Position numbers and translations under genes: made by a program | In this document: positions 51,725 through 64,000 of the stretch, one piece after another | Layout: the number at the start of each line of letters is the position of its first letter | Numbering within the stretch: the first letter of the stretch is position 1 | Source of the DNA: Mantamonas sphyraenae STR306 | Lineage: Eukaryota > Protista > CRuMs | DNA: 64,000 bases | Reading direction: 5' to 3' | Assembly (NCBI GenBank): GCA_026936335.1 | Contig: JAPMXV010000001.1 | Span: 62,001-126,000 of the forward strand | Notes under the pieces: generated by a model | Database searches by the model: none | Told to the model about the DNA's origin: nothing | Seen by the model: only the letters and a program-made list of their open reading frames with translations

Positions 51725-52865
51725 ATGAGCGCACGCATCGGAACGAGCGAGTGTGTGGCCACGTTGGAGGGACACAAAGACCGAACATGGCAATTGGCGT
51801 GGCAACCAAGTGGAAACACGCTTGCGTCGTGCTCGGGTGACAAGACGGTGCGGCTGTGGCAAGAAGGAAGCAATGGGAAGTGGGATTGCGTGGGCATTCT
51901 GGAGGGGGCTCATGAGAGGACCATTCGCAGCCTGTGCTGGAGCCCAGACAATTCGCGGATAGCCACAGCCAGCTTTGATGGGACGGTGTGTGTGTGGGGA
52001 CTGGAAGACGGCGAGTGGGACTGCATGGCCACGCTGGAAGGGCACGAAAACGAAGTCAAGAGCGTGTGTTGGGACCAGTCTGGAAGCATGCTGGCCACAT
52101 GTGGGCGAGACAAGACAGTGTGGATTTGGGAAGGTGGGTTGGCGTGAGGAATGGCCGGGAGCAAGAGTTTTCGAGCGGACGTGTGTGTGTGGGCAGGAAA
52201 ACGGAAGGGAAGGCTGAATAGTCCCCGGGGAGGGGGGTGCAGGGACATGAACTGACAGTGACATGGGCATGCGTGTGGGTGTAGTGCAAGATGGAAACGA
52301 TTACGAGTGTGTGGCCGTGTTGTACGGACATTCGGGTGATGTAAAGAGCGTGACCTGGATGCCCGGACGCGAAGTGCTTGTGTCGACGAGCTACGACAAC
52401 ACTGTGCGTGTGTGGGTGGAAGGCGAGTTGGATTGGGTGTGTGCACAGACATTGGAGGGCCACGAGTCGACAGTGTGGTCGGCGTCGTTTGACAAGAGCG
52501 GGGAGTGGCTGGTGACGGCGTCGGACGACAAAACGCTTGTGTTCTGGCAAAACACAGACCTGGCAAATGCACACAAGAGCGACGGCAAGTCGCGGTGGAA
52601 GAAGATGAACACAGTGAAAGGGGAACACAGGCGTACGGTGTTCAGTGTGGACTGGAGCAGCAACGGCGTGTATGTGGCCACCGGTGCTGGTGACGACACG
52701 GTGCGGGTGTTTAAGAAGCAGGGCGACGGATGGGAAACAGCTGTGGTCATTGAAGGGGCCCACGACACAGACGTGAACTGCGTGGCGTGGCACCCCAAGC
52801 GCGAAGGATTGCTCGCTTCCTGCAGCGACGACGGCACCATCAAGCTTTGGGAGGTTTCCGAGTGA
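51725..52865 (+). CDS. CIAO1: Cytosolic Fe-S assembly WD40 protein CIA1/CIAO1; exons 51725-52133, 52285-52865
   Basis: HERTIRS, ATASFD, LEGHENEVKSV, LATCGRDKTVWIWE, YECVAVL.GHSGDVKSV.W, SYDNTV, AHDTDVNCVAWHP, LASCSDDG. Confidence 0.95.
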
Positions 52866-53001
52866 TGAGATGAGTTGAGAGGATGTGAGGGAGCAGTGAA
52901 CTGGGGATTGAGCTGTGAGGATTGGATTACACTGCGTTCGGGGCAACAAACTCTGCAAATTTGCAATAGCGCCTTGCTGTCGCTGTTTCAGCTCGCATCA
53001 A

Positions 53002-53811
53002 TCACCTCCACGTTGCCAAATGAGAAAGGAGAACACCTGCGGCGACGCCCACGTTGAGCGAGTCAAGGAGAGGCGAGCGGGAATGGTTGGGCACGTGAAG
53101 AAGGTGTGTGCTCGCGTTCAAAAGGTTTGTACGCACGCCATGGTGCTCATTGCCCATGATGAGGGCAATGGCAGAAGATGCATCGACAATGCGACGCATG
53201 AAGCGATCGTCATGGACATTGATGGCCGTGTCGTCCAGGCCCGTGGCAAAGACGGTCCATCCGGCACTGTCCGCGATGACGCGTGGCATGTTGTTGCACT
53301 GAACAATGTGTATGGACTCCATGGCCCCACTGCTGGCCTTGGAGACAACAGGAGACAAGGGTGCAGAGTTGCGCGCGGAGAGAAGGACAGCCGAGACGTC
53401 AAAGAAGGCTGCAGAGCGCAGGATGGATCCCAGGTTCTGCGGATCCTGGACCTGGTCGAGGCACACGACCAGAGGTTTGCGTGAAGGCCCGGTGGAGGAG
53501 GAGGAAGAGGAGGACGGGGACGGGAGCTCGATGTCGTTGAGGGAGCCAATTGTGGGCAGCTGCAACGAGTCGACGTGGAGGACCAAGCCCTGGTGGGGCC
53601 GGTTGCCACTAATTCGGTTGAGAGTGTGTTTGGACACGCGTGAGACGGGCAATTTGGCGTCCTGGGCGAGGGAGAGGACGGAACGGATTGCGTGTGCGTC
53701 GGGCCCCTTCTGCGGAGGCTTGTCGAGGACGAGGAGACGATGGATGACCCTGCGTTGGGACACGATGGCCTGCTGGACAGGATACAGGCCAAAGAGGTGC
53801 TGTTGGGGCAT
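53002..53811 (-). CDS. MRM1: SpoU/TrmH-family rRNA 2'-O-methyltransferase (MRM1/RlmB-like)
   Basis: LFGLYPV, RPHQGLVL, LDQVQDPQNLGSILRSAAFF, LSPVVSKASSGAME, LIMGNEHHGV, DSLNVGVAAGVLL. The first ATG is at 53811 and no obvious targeting peptide is present, so the start is uncertain. Confidence 0.85.
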   Translation of the reverse strand: MPQQHLFGLYPVQQAIVSQRRVIHRLLVLDKPPQKGPDAHAIRSVLSLAQDAKLPVSRVSKHTLNRISGNRPHQGLVLHVDSLQLPTIGSLNDIELPSPSSSSSSSTGPSRKPLVVCLDQVQDPQNLGSILRSAAFFDVSAVLLSARNSAPLSPVVSKASSGAMESIHIVQCNNMPRVIADSAGWTVFATGLDDTAINVHDDRFMRRIVDASSAIALIMGNEHHGVRTNLLNASTHLLHVPNHSRSPLLDSLNVGVAAGVLLSHLATWR

Positions 53812-53870
53812 GCGGGTGTGTGGTTGTGAATGTATGCGCAAGGGTGCGCGTGCTTCGCCAAAGCCGGAGG

Positions 53871-56115
53871 ATGTCGAGCGCGTACGAGATGCCGCTGCTG
53901 GACGACGGCTACGTGAGCTACAGCGATGAGGACAGTGTGATCAGTGACTCGGACCTGAACCACGGCGACGAGCCGGTGGTGCTCACAGACACGCTGGAGG
54001 GGTATCTGGGGCGAAAGGGCAGGGAGATCGCTCATCTGCAGGGGGACGATGCCTTTGGTCTGCTGGACTTTAGTCGGTTGGCCCATGCGAGCATCAGCAA
54101 ACCTACGGTAGGTTGGGCAGTGACGCGGAAGCGTGGAAAGGCCTGGCAGTGGGAGGAGGCCGGAAAGGTTGGGCAACGGGTGACCGTTTTGAACCAGCAC
54201 CACTGACATCGGGCCTCACACACGCACAGGAGGCAGATTTGAATTCGGAGGAGTATGCACGCATGCAACGCATCAATGCAGTGGTGGTAGGTTGTGTGGA
54301 GGGTTTTGTTTTACGACTCTATGGCGAGGGAGGGACGCTGACACACAGGCGGTGCACACAGGGGGCCGATGGAAGCCACGAAGACCCCGGAGAGAATGCC
54401 ACAGTAGCACGCATCCAGTCGGTAGGTAGCCACGTGCACGGGTCGTGTGAATCGCAAAGGAGTACCCAGGGAGAAGGAGGGAAGGAGCTGCGGCGTTGTG
54501 TTCTGACACCAGAGAGGGTACACAGCTGCAAAAGGAGCTGGTGAAGATGGCGACGCCCGGCAAGGCCGGTGCAACAAACAGCACAGCGTCACTGGTAGAG
54601 GCAGGCAACCCTCGGTCGAGCAAGGATCATTATTTGAGGAGTGAGCCATCGTTGATGCGCAACATGTCACAGACAAGCAGGACAAGGTCGCGCTCCCGCA
54701 CGGTGAGTTTTACAGAGGGCAAAGAGACGCACACAGTGACACAGAGTCACAATCACACAGCGACAAGGAGTGAGAACTGACGCAGTTGCATATGACAGCG
54801 CCGGGATAATGCGTCAGAGACGAGCGAGGTGCACTTTGCGCCCGGGTCGTTCCAGGAGAAGCTGGATCAGCTGACGAGGCAGAAACTGGAGCTGCGGAGA
54901 CAGCAGCTGGACGAGCAGATTGACGGGTTGAAGCGAGACTCGATGCAGCGTGCGCATGACATGCACGGACTGCGGCCACCGGCAAAGATGAACATGAGAG
55001 AGATCCGAGACGAGGCAAGGCGGCTGGTGAAGCGGATGCGTATGGCAGAGCGAGAACGGCTGGAGAAGGAGTACAAAGAGTTGTTTGACAACGAGCTGAA
55101 GCTGTTGCGACAGCAGCAGGCGTCGAGTCTGAAGCGAGAGGAGGAGGAGTTGGCGCGCTCGCGTGAGGAGGCACGGCGCAAGGAGGCACGGCGCAAGCGG
55201 CAGATGCGTGCACAGCGACTGGAGGCCGAACGAAGGCTGCGCGAGTCGATCAACAAGCATTCGCAACGACTGCGGGGCGACGGGTGGCAAGAGGAGATGG
55301 AGGAGCGGCGAAGGATGCGAGAGGAAGATGCGCAGGAGGAGGTGGAGGAGGAGGAGTTTGTGTTTTCGCTGCGACAAAACAGAAAGAAGAAACAGACGCG
55401 CGGGGTGCCACAGGGACGGCGTAGGAAGCAGCGGGAGGACTGGGAACGTGTGTTGAAGGAGACCAACACCACCGACGTGGAGATGCGGAACCGGAACCTG
55501 GAACGCATGCTGAACGCAGCCAAGGAGCGACGCATCCACATCGAGCTGGAGCGCAAGAGTGTGAACGAGTGGACGATGGAAAAGCTGATCCCGCTGGCAC
55601 GACGCAGCCTGTTGGAAAAGCGCATGCGTGCGGAGCGCGAGGCACAAATGTCGCAGCAGTCGTCGGCACGGTCGAGCATGCGGCGTCCATCGACGCATCT
55701 GGCAGCCGGGGGCGGATCGGGCTCACGCGAGCGCAGCGGATCGATATCCCAGTTTCTCAGCGCAGAAGGATCACCCGTGCGTCGCGGACGTTCGGGATCC
55801 AATGCTTCGCAGATGTCGCGGCGATCCAGTCAGCACGATGGGAACATTCGATCGTCTCTGGATCGGCTGCACGAGGTGTCCGGAATGCCGTACAGCCGGT
55901 CGCAGGATTCCCAGGACGGCGACGCCTCGGGCGGCGAGTCCGGTGACACGGGATCAATGGGGACGACGACACGGCTGTCGGGCAAGAAGAAGACACGTCG
56001 GCAAAGCTCAAGTGTCAGTGTACGAAGCATGGGAAGCAGTGGCGGGGGAGTGGGTGCAAACACACGAGCAAGTACCGAACGGTTGCCGCCCATCTTTGCA
56101 GGTGTGGATGAATGA
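53871..56115 (+). CDS. Hypothetical coiled-coil/charged-helix protein; exons 53871-54107, 54230-54286, 54362-54421, 54526-54702, 54799-56115
   Basis: Four GT-AG introns, each with a CTGAC branch and all phase 0, join into one frame. The protein has an E/R/K/Q-rich helical middle and an S/R/G-rich tail. No family recognised. Confidence 0.65.
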
Positions 56116-56254
56116 CGGGGGGTGACAGCGGCAGATGGGAATGAAGAACAACTCATGTGTGGAGAGCCAGAAACAGGGCAACTTGGAATGGATGGTGAGA
56201 CGGCAGGAACGCTCGCACCGAGGCAGCGTTTCGCCGTCCAGTCCTCCACAATCA

Positions 56255-59200
56255 ATGCCGACGTACGCCATCCGAGGCGTCGAGGTGCATTTTCCCTTTG
56301 ATGCCTACGACAGCCAAATGGTGTACATGGAAAAGGTGATTGAGAGTCTGCAAACGGTAGGTCGGGGAAATTCAGGGCATGATGATCAATGATCATGCCA
56401 GCAAACACACGCACGCACGCACAGGGACAGGGAGGCACGCTCACTCACACACGATGGGATTCCAGGGGAGCAATGCGCTGCTGGAGTCCCCGACGGGCAC
56501 AGGAAAGACGCTGTGTCTGCTGTGTGCGGCGCTGGGGTGGCGTGAGAGTTTGAAGGAGCAGAACAAGTGGCGGAGCAAAGAGTGGGGCGCAGCAGGCGAG
56601 GGAGAGGACATGGGAGACGATGAGACAGGGAGCAACAAAGGCAAAGAGATAGCCGGAAGTGGGGGCGACGGAGTGCGTGGGCGACGTGTGCAGATCGGAT
56701 ACGAGGACGTGGCGTCGGCCGTGCCAAAGCTGGTGTACGCTTCACGAACACACTCGCAAATCGCACAGGTGATTGAGGAGCTGAAGCAGACGGCATACAA
56801 GCCATCCATGACGGTGATTAGTTCACGTGCCCAGTCGTGTGTGCACCCAAGGGTGTCCAAGTTGAAGGCAGGGGCGGCCCAAAACTCAGAGTGCCGCAGC
56901 CTCGTCGACGCGCGCCGATGCATGCACCACATCAATGTGGAACAGTTCCATCGAGCAAACAGCTCGCTGCCTGTGATGGACATTGAGGACATGGTGCAGC
57001 TGGGCGAAATGCACACCGTGTGCCCGTACTACCTGGCGCAGACGCGGCTGGCAACCGCCGAGGTGGTCTTTATGCCCTACAACTACCTCGTCGACGCAGG
57101 CATCCGCTCCTCCCTCAAACTGGATCTTCAGAACGCTGTGGTCATTTTCGACGAGGCGCACAATCTGGAGTCGGCCTGTCGCGACGCGGCCTCGTTTGAT
57201 CTCACCGCGACCCAGCTCGCCGTGGCCATGGACGAGCTCGACAGCTGCTACGACGCCGCAGGCAAAGGCATGGCCAATGTGGACATCAGTCCCACCGACT
57301 TTGTGCAGATGAAATCCGTGCTGCTCAATCTGGAGGCACATCTGGATGGCCTCGAGATGGGCGGCAGCAGCAGCAACAGCAGCAGTTCCTCCTCCTGGGG
57401 TCCGTCGCCCACAGGGATCACACTGACGCCCAGGGAGATGCGAGCTGCGTTGCGAGATGCGTGTCAGATGGACTCGACGACAGTGCCAGACATGTGCCGG
57501 GTACTGGACGGTGGCGTCAAGGTGTTGTCGTCGGAGGAGTTTGGCGAACGCAAGAACAGGGAGCTGATGATGGACACCGTTCGCAAGGCCCTCAGCACCC
57601 TGTTCCCTGCCAACGAGGAGGATGTGGGACTGGTGGAGCGCTGTTTCCGCGTGCACATCCACGACCAGAGCAAGGTGACCGGCAGCAACCGCGGCGCTGG
57701 ACGACACTCTGGGGCGGGCTTTGCGGCCTTGGCACGCAGCACGAAAACATCGCAACTGGCCAATCGGACCATTTCGTACTGGTGTTTGTGGCCCGGTGTG
57801 GCGACACAGAGTCTGACGCTGCGCGGGGGTTGCCGCAACGTGATTCTCGCGTCGGGTACCCTGTCTCCCATGAACTCGTTTGCGGCGGAGTTGGGACTGT
57901 CGTTTCCGGTGCAGTTGGAGAACGACCACGTGATCAAACCGGAACAGGTGCTTGTGGGCGTGGTGGGCGCAGGCACGACGGGCCACGAGCTCAACTCCTC
58001 CTTTCGCAAGCGTTCCACCCCGGAGTACCTGAATGAGTTGGGCAACACTGTGGCCAATGTCGCTCGACACGTGCCCTACGGTCTCCTTGTCTTTTTTCCC
58101 TCGTATGGCATGCTCAAGTCGTGCGTGGAGCATTGGCAGGCACGCGCAACGGATCTGCCAGCATCTGGCAGAGCATCCAACGGCACAAGAAGTGCGTGGT
58201 TGAACCTTCGTCGTCAGCGGAGCTCAACGAAACCATGGAGGAGTACAAACGACTGGTGGACAGTTCAGAGACACGCGGGGCAGTGTTGTTTGCGGTGCTG
58301 CGGGGCAAGGTCAGCGAAGGTCTGGACTTTGCCAACAACTATGGGCGGGCGGTAATGATCACGGGACTGCCCTATCCGCCCTACTTTGACCCCAAGGTTC
58401 AACTCAAGCAGCGGTGGATTGACGAGGAGAGGTTGTCGGAGGATCTGACGGGACAGCAGTGGTACGAGCAGCAGGCCACGCGTGCGGTGAACCAGGCCAT
58501 TGGACGTGTGATTCGCCACATCGGCGACTTTGGCGCCATCTTGCTGTGCGACTCGCGCTTTGGACGCCGGTCGACCATCGAACAGCTGAGCAAGTGGATT
58601 CGGCCCAACGTCACCAACCTGAGCGACTTTGGCACGCTGACACGCTCCCTGCGAGGGTTCTTCCAACGCATGGACCCTTCCGGAGACACGGGCGAGGAGG
58701 TGCGCACCAACAACCTGGAAAAAGCCATCAAACGCAAGGAACGCCGCTCCATGTTGGACAACCTGTCGCTGGTGAGTGTCGAGGACATGGAAGGTGCAGG
58801 GTCCTCAGACACGCTGATGCCCCACTCGAGCGGGGTCAACGGCAATGCAGAGATGGCAGCCCTGCGCAGACGATACCAAGCAAGCAGCAGCAGCAGCAGC
58901 AGTAGCAGCAGCAGCAGAGACGGTGGCGGGGATGAGGATGTGAGCAGTGTCAGCAGCAAGCGGTTTTCGTTGCGTGCCATGATGCACACAGAGGGAATGC
59001 GTGCCAAAAAGGAACAGGAAGAGAAACGATGCGGCAATTGCCCGAGTCACTGCTGCGGATTGCAAACAAACAGCGGGAACAGAAACTGAGCGATGGGATG
59101 GACGAGACGCAGGAGGGAGTCACAACGCGTGTGTCGGTGGTGCACAAGTCCAAGAAGGGCAAGCAGACAATCACATACAGGCCAGACATGGCAAGGTACA

Positions 59201-60435
59201 AGAGGGAGAACCAGGACGGGTCGGGAACGACCACCACGACGACAACCACCACCGACACATTCAAAAACATCCAACAGCGACAGGCACAGCAACGACTGCT
59301 AAAGAGCACCACATTTGATGGCAGCAGTGCTCCTGCCACCGGTGGACCACAGGCGACGGAGGAACGAAAGGGGGATTCGCGACGCGACAGCGCTCAGTTT
59401 CTGGTGACGCTGAAGCAAGCATTGAGCCAAACAGCGTTCCAAGAGTTTACAGAGCTGCTGAGGGGCTACAAGCGCAGCGAGGTGCAGACGGACGAGCTCA
59501 TTGAGAGGGCGTACGAGCTGCTGCGAAAGGCAGGTGCATACAGCACGGTCTTGCTGGCTGACTTTGAGATGTTTATCCCGGCCAAACAACGGCCGCGCTA
59601 CCGTGCGTTTGTGGAGGAGGAGCGGAAGAGGGCTCGTGCACGTAAACAGAGCGGGGAAGGGGAGGAACTGGTCGAGGTGCAGCAGGAAACGAGTGTGGAT
59701 CTGGTGACGGGCATGCCGATGCCAGCTCGGAAGAAGAGGAAACGAGTACGCAGGGCTGGATCGGGGCTCTTGCTGAACGATGTGGTGATGGCCTCATTCC
59801 AGCAGCAGCGGAAGGAGGCGGTGATGGCCGCATATGCTTCTTCCTCCTCCCACTCATCCTCATCTTCGGGTGCACCCGCCGTCAAGTACGACAGCAACAT
59901 GGACATCATCACCAAGGTCAAGCAGGGAAGTCTGGGCGTGTTCCAGTGTGCCGTCTGCATGGAGGAGGTGGACAATCCGCACAAGAGCAAGATGTGTGGT
60001 CACATCCTGTGCTACAACTGCTGGACCAGCTGGCTCTCGCATAACACCAGCTGTCCCATGTGTCGCCAACGTGCTCGTGTGGGTATCCTCGTCCCTGTGG
60101 GGGAAGCAGAGCTTGCCGACCAAGTCCGAGCGTTGGAGAAGCGCGGCGAAGTGTCTGCGGGTGATGCAAGTGATGCAGGTGATGCAGGCGATGAAGATGA
60201 CGAAGGCATGACCACGTCCACAAGTGTGAACGAAGAAACCGAAGCGGAGGAAGATGCTGCTGCGCGTGACTCAGGTCGCGGTTGTCCAAAGTGTGGCGAG
60301 ATTTCCAACGACCGCCATGCCAGCCGCATCTGTGGCCATGTCATGTGTGGAAAGTGTTGGGTGGCTACCAACTATGTGTGTGCAAAGTGCAGCATGCCTT
60401 CTCGCAAGAAGCACCTGAAGAAGCAATTCTTTTGA
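56255..60435 (+). CDS. RTEL1: RTEL1-type Fe-S DEAH DNA helicase with harmonin-like domain and two C-terminal RING fingers; exons 56255-56356, 56466-60435, frameshifts at about 58139 and 59024
   Basis: IRGVEVHFPFDAYDSQ, LLESPTGTGKTLCLLC, YASRTHSQ, four Fe-S cysteines (SCVH, ECR, RCM, VCPYY), DEAHN, ILASGTLSP, GLLVFFPSY, RGKVSEGLDF, RAVNQAIGRVIRH. Harmonin-like segment FLVTLKQALSQTAFQEFTELLRGYKR. Confidence 0.9.
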
Positions 60436-60546
60436 GGATGAATGAAACGAATTCAGATCAACGTATTATATCGCAATAGTCAAACGCTTAGATGCATTGT
60501 ATGAATCAGCACGCGCGTGGGATGGTGTGGGTGCGCCACCAATCTC

Positions 60547-62373
<1,827 letters not shown>

Positions 62374-62724
62374 TTACGATGTACAGTGCACAAAGCACCC
62401 ACGAATGCATTTCGTACAAACATGCGCAGACAGTGACCTGAGCTAAAAGGCACAGGCATGCACTGGTGGCGAGAGGCGGCGAGGTTGCAGAAAACGCTGA
62501 TCCGTTTTTTCTCGCGCTCGGTGCCCCGCCAACACTGACAGGGGTCACAAAGGCCACCCGTGCATGCGCACAACACAACACACTCATACAAGGGAACGCC
62601 TTCCATCACAATTTCCACATGCATGCATGTCAAAGAACAATGGCAAGTTTGGCAACCAACACACCTTTTTCACTTGCCTCCCGCTGCGCCCACTCGGCGC
62701 ATCCGCTTTTGTGTCTCTCCATCA

Positions 62725-64000
62725 TCACCGTTTTGCGCGCGACACTTGCTTCTCCAAGGCCATTGTGGTTGCTCGTGCGTCGTAGAGCTCCTTCTTGGCG
62801 TCGTCGATCTCCTTGCGAGTGTGCTCGGCCGTCGTGGCGCGCGTGCGCAGCACAACCTCCTGCTCCTCAGCACGCAACACATCCAGATAGGTCCAGTACG
62901 ACCCCAACTCGCGGTTGATGTCCGACAAGATGGCGTCGAGTTTCCACTCTTCGTTTTCGTCGCTGGCACGCAACGCGGAGGAGCTGCTGGGCGACCCCAC
63001 AGCGGAGCTGGACGACGGGGAGCCCACAGCATCCTGCGTCTGCAGTGACTGCTGCTGTGCCTGCTGGGCCTGCACGGTCCCATTCAAACCGTGAAACTCC
63101 CGGGCGAGGTCGACCAATGGCAAGCCGTCCTTGCCCACGATTGCGTAGTCGTACTGCAGCATAAACTCCGGCAGCACCAGTTTGGGGTTGATCATGACAT
63201 ACTCCTGCGTCACCGGGTCGTACACAGAGTCGTACCCGGCCAGCAGTTCGTCCAGATCCATGCGTTGCAACACTTCACCCTGCTGCAACGTGTACACACG
63301 TCCCACAATCACACGACACAGCACCAGGTAGAAAACCCCATGTCTCCCTCCTCCTTGCGGCTGCTACTCTCCACAAGCACATTCCCCTGCGTCTTGATCG
63401 CCGCAAAGTCCGGACGCGTCGATTCCAGCGTGCTGAACCGACTAAAGTGGAAGGGCCTCTGGATGGACGCCGACATGTCGATGGCCTGGCGTACCTTGAA
63501 CTCGTAGGGGCCATTCGCCGCGCGGTCGTGCCAGAAGCGGGAGAATGCCACGCGGTAGTCGGCCTCGCTTGGATCCCGCAGCCCAAACGTGACCATGCGC
63601 TCGATGGCATCCTCGGGCACCACGCAGAACAGCCCTTTGATGGAGCCTGCATCGTACTGTTTCGCCTTGCGCTGGAACTGGTCCAGCAGGAACAGGTTTT
63701 CGATTTTAAACACATTCAGCACGTTCAGACTCAACGCAGGCTCGCTGGGCAGAAACTTGCTCTTGATATTGTCTGCAGCCACCTGTTTGCAGCGGGAAAA
63801 CAGGGCGTGGCTGGCCTCCAGCTGCTTCAGTCGGATGTAATCGTTCGTTTCCCACGCCAGCGTGTGTGCAAACAGCTTCAGTTCGCCCACCTTTCGCTGC
63901 AGTGCCTCCAGCTTGTCCAACAGCGCTGCTTCTTGCAGTCGCTTGGCATGCGCCTTGGCCACGCGCTCCTTCAGCACACTCTGAAACGCCAGCGTGTGTT
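62725..64000 (-). CDS. 5'-partial protein with a degenerate PARP/ADP-ribosyltransferase-like fold (LRRC9-like) flanked by coiled coils; frameshift at about 63332-63339
   Basis: LNVLNVFKIENLFLLDQF, IKGLFC, IERMVTFGL, FHFSRFS. One added base gives FYLVLCRVIVGR...GYDSVY...EYVMINPKLVLPEFMLQY, the strand order of PARP-like domains. Confidence 0.6.

Noticed and set aside
51725-60435. CIAO1 lying near its Fe-S client RTEL1 as a functional cluster
   Set aside because: Two unrelated genes intervene, and proximity in such a compact genome is expected by chance.
62670-62725. Possible extra frameshift extending the PARP-fold gene's C-terminus
   Set aside because: Both alternative frames are short and uninformative, so there is no basis to prefer them over the stop at 62725.

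Overview
Compact, GC-rich eukaryotic nuclear DNA, probably from a protist: GT-AG introns with CTGAC/CTAAC-type branch points and very short intergenic spacers. I cannot name the organism from this window. The first 27.7 kb is one intronless giant gene (about 9,245 aa, probably 5'-incomplete), split into two ORFs by a single-base frameshift. It has 14 phage-tail-fibre-like 'DDDEISGDKVEGG' repeats, about 16 SBBP-type beta-propellers with Cys-containing spacer domains, and a C-terminal peptidase S74 intramolecular chaperone plus coiled coil. Next come a KPWE-domain (PEX39-like) gene, glycyl-tRNA synthetase, a two-RRM protein with a 13-nt microexon and ARHGAP39. A second giant gene (about 4,510 aa) encodes a Gtb3/PelF-like membrane GT4 polysaccharide synthase apparently fused to a C-terminal formin FH2-like domain. 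The rest holds DDX49/DBP8, CIAO1, an MRM1-like SpoU methyltransferase, an unknown coiled-coil gene, RTEL1 with two RING fingers, beta-tubulin and a partial PARP-fold (LRRC9-like) gene. Nine single-base frameshifts, nearly all in short homopolymer runs, look like assembly errors. Family assignments come from motif recognition by eye, not database searches. The two best candidates for a new system are the S74-chaperoned giant fibre and the GT4-formin fusion.
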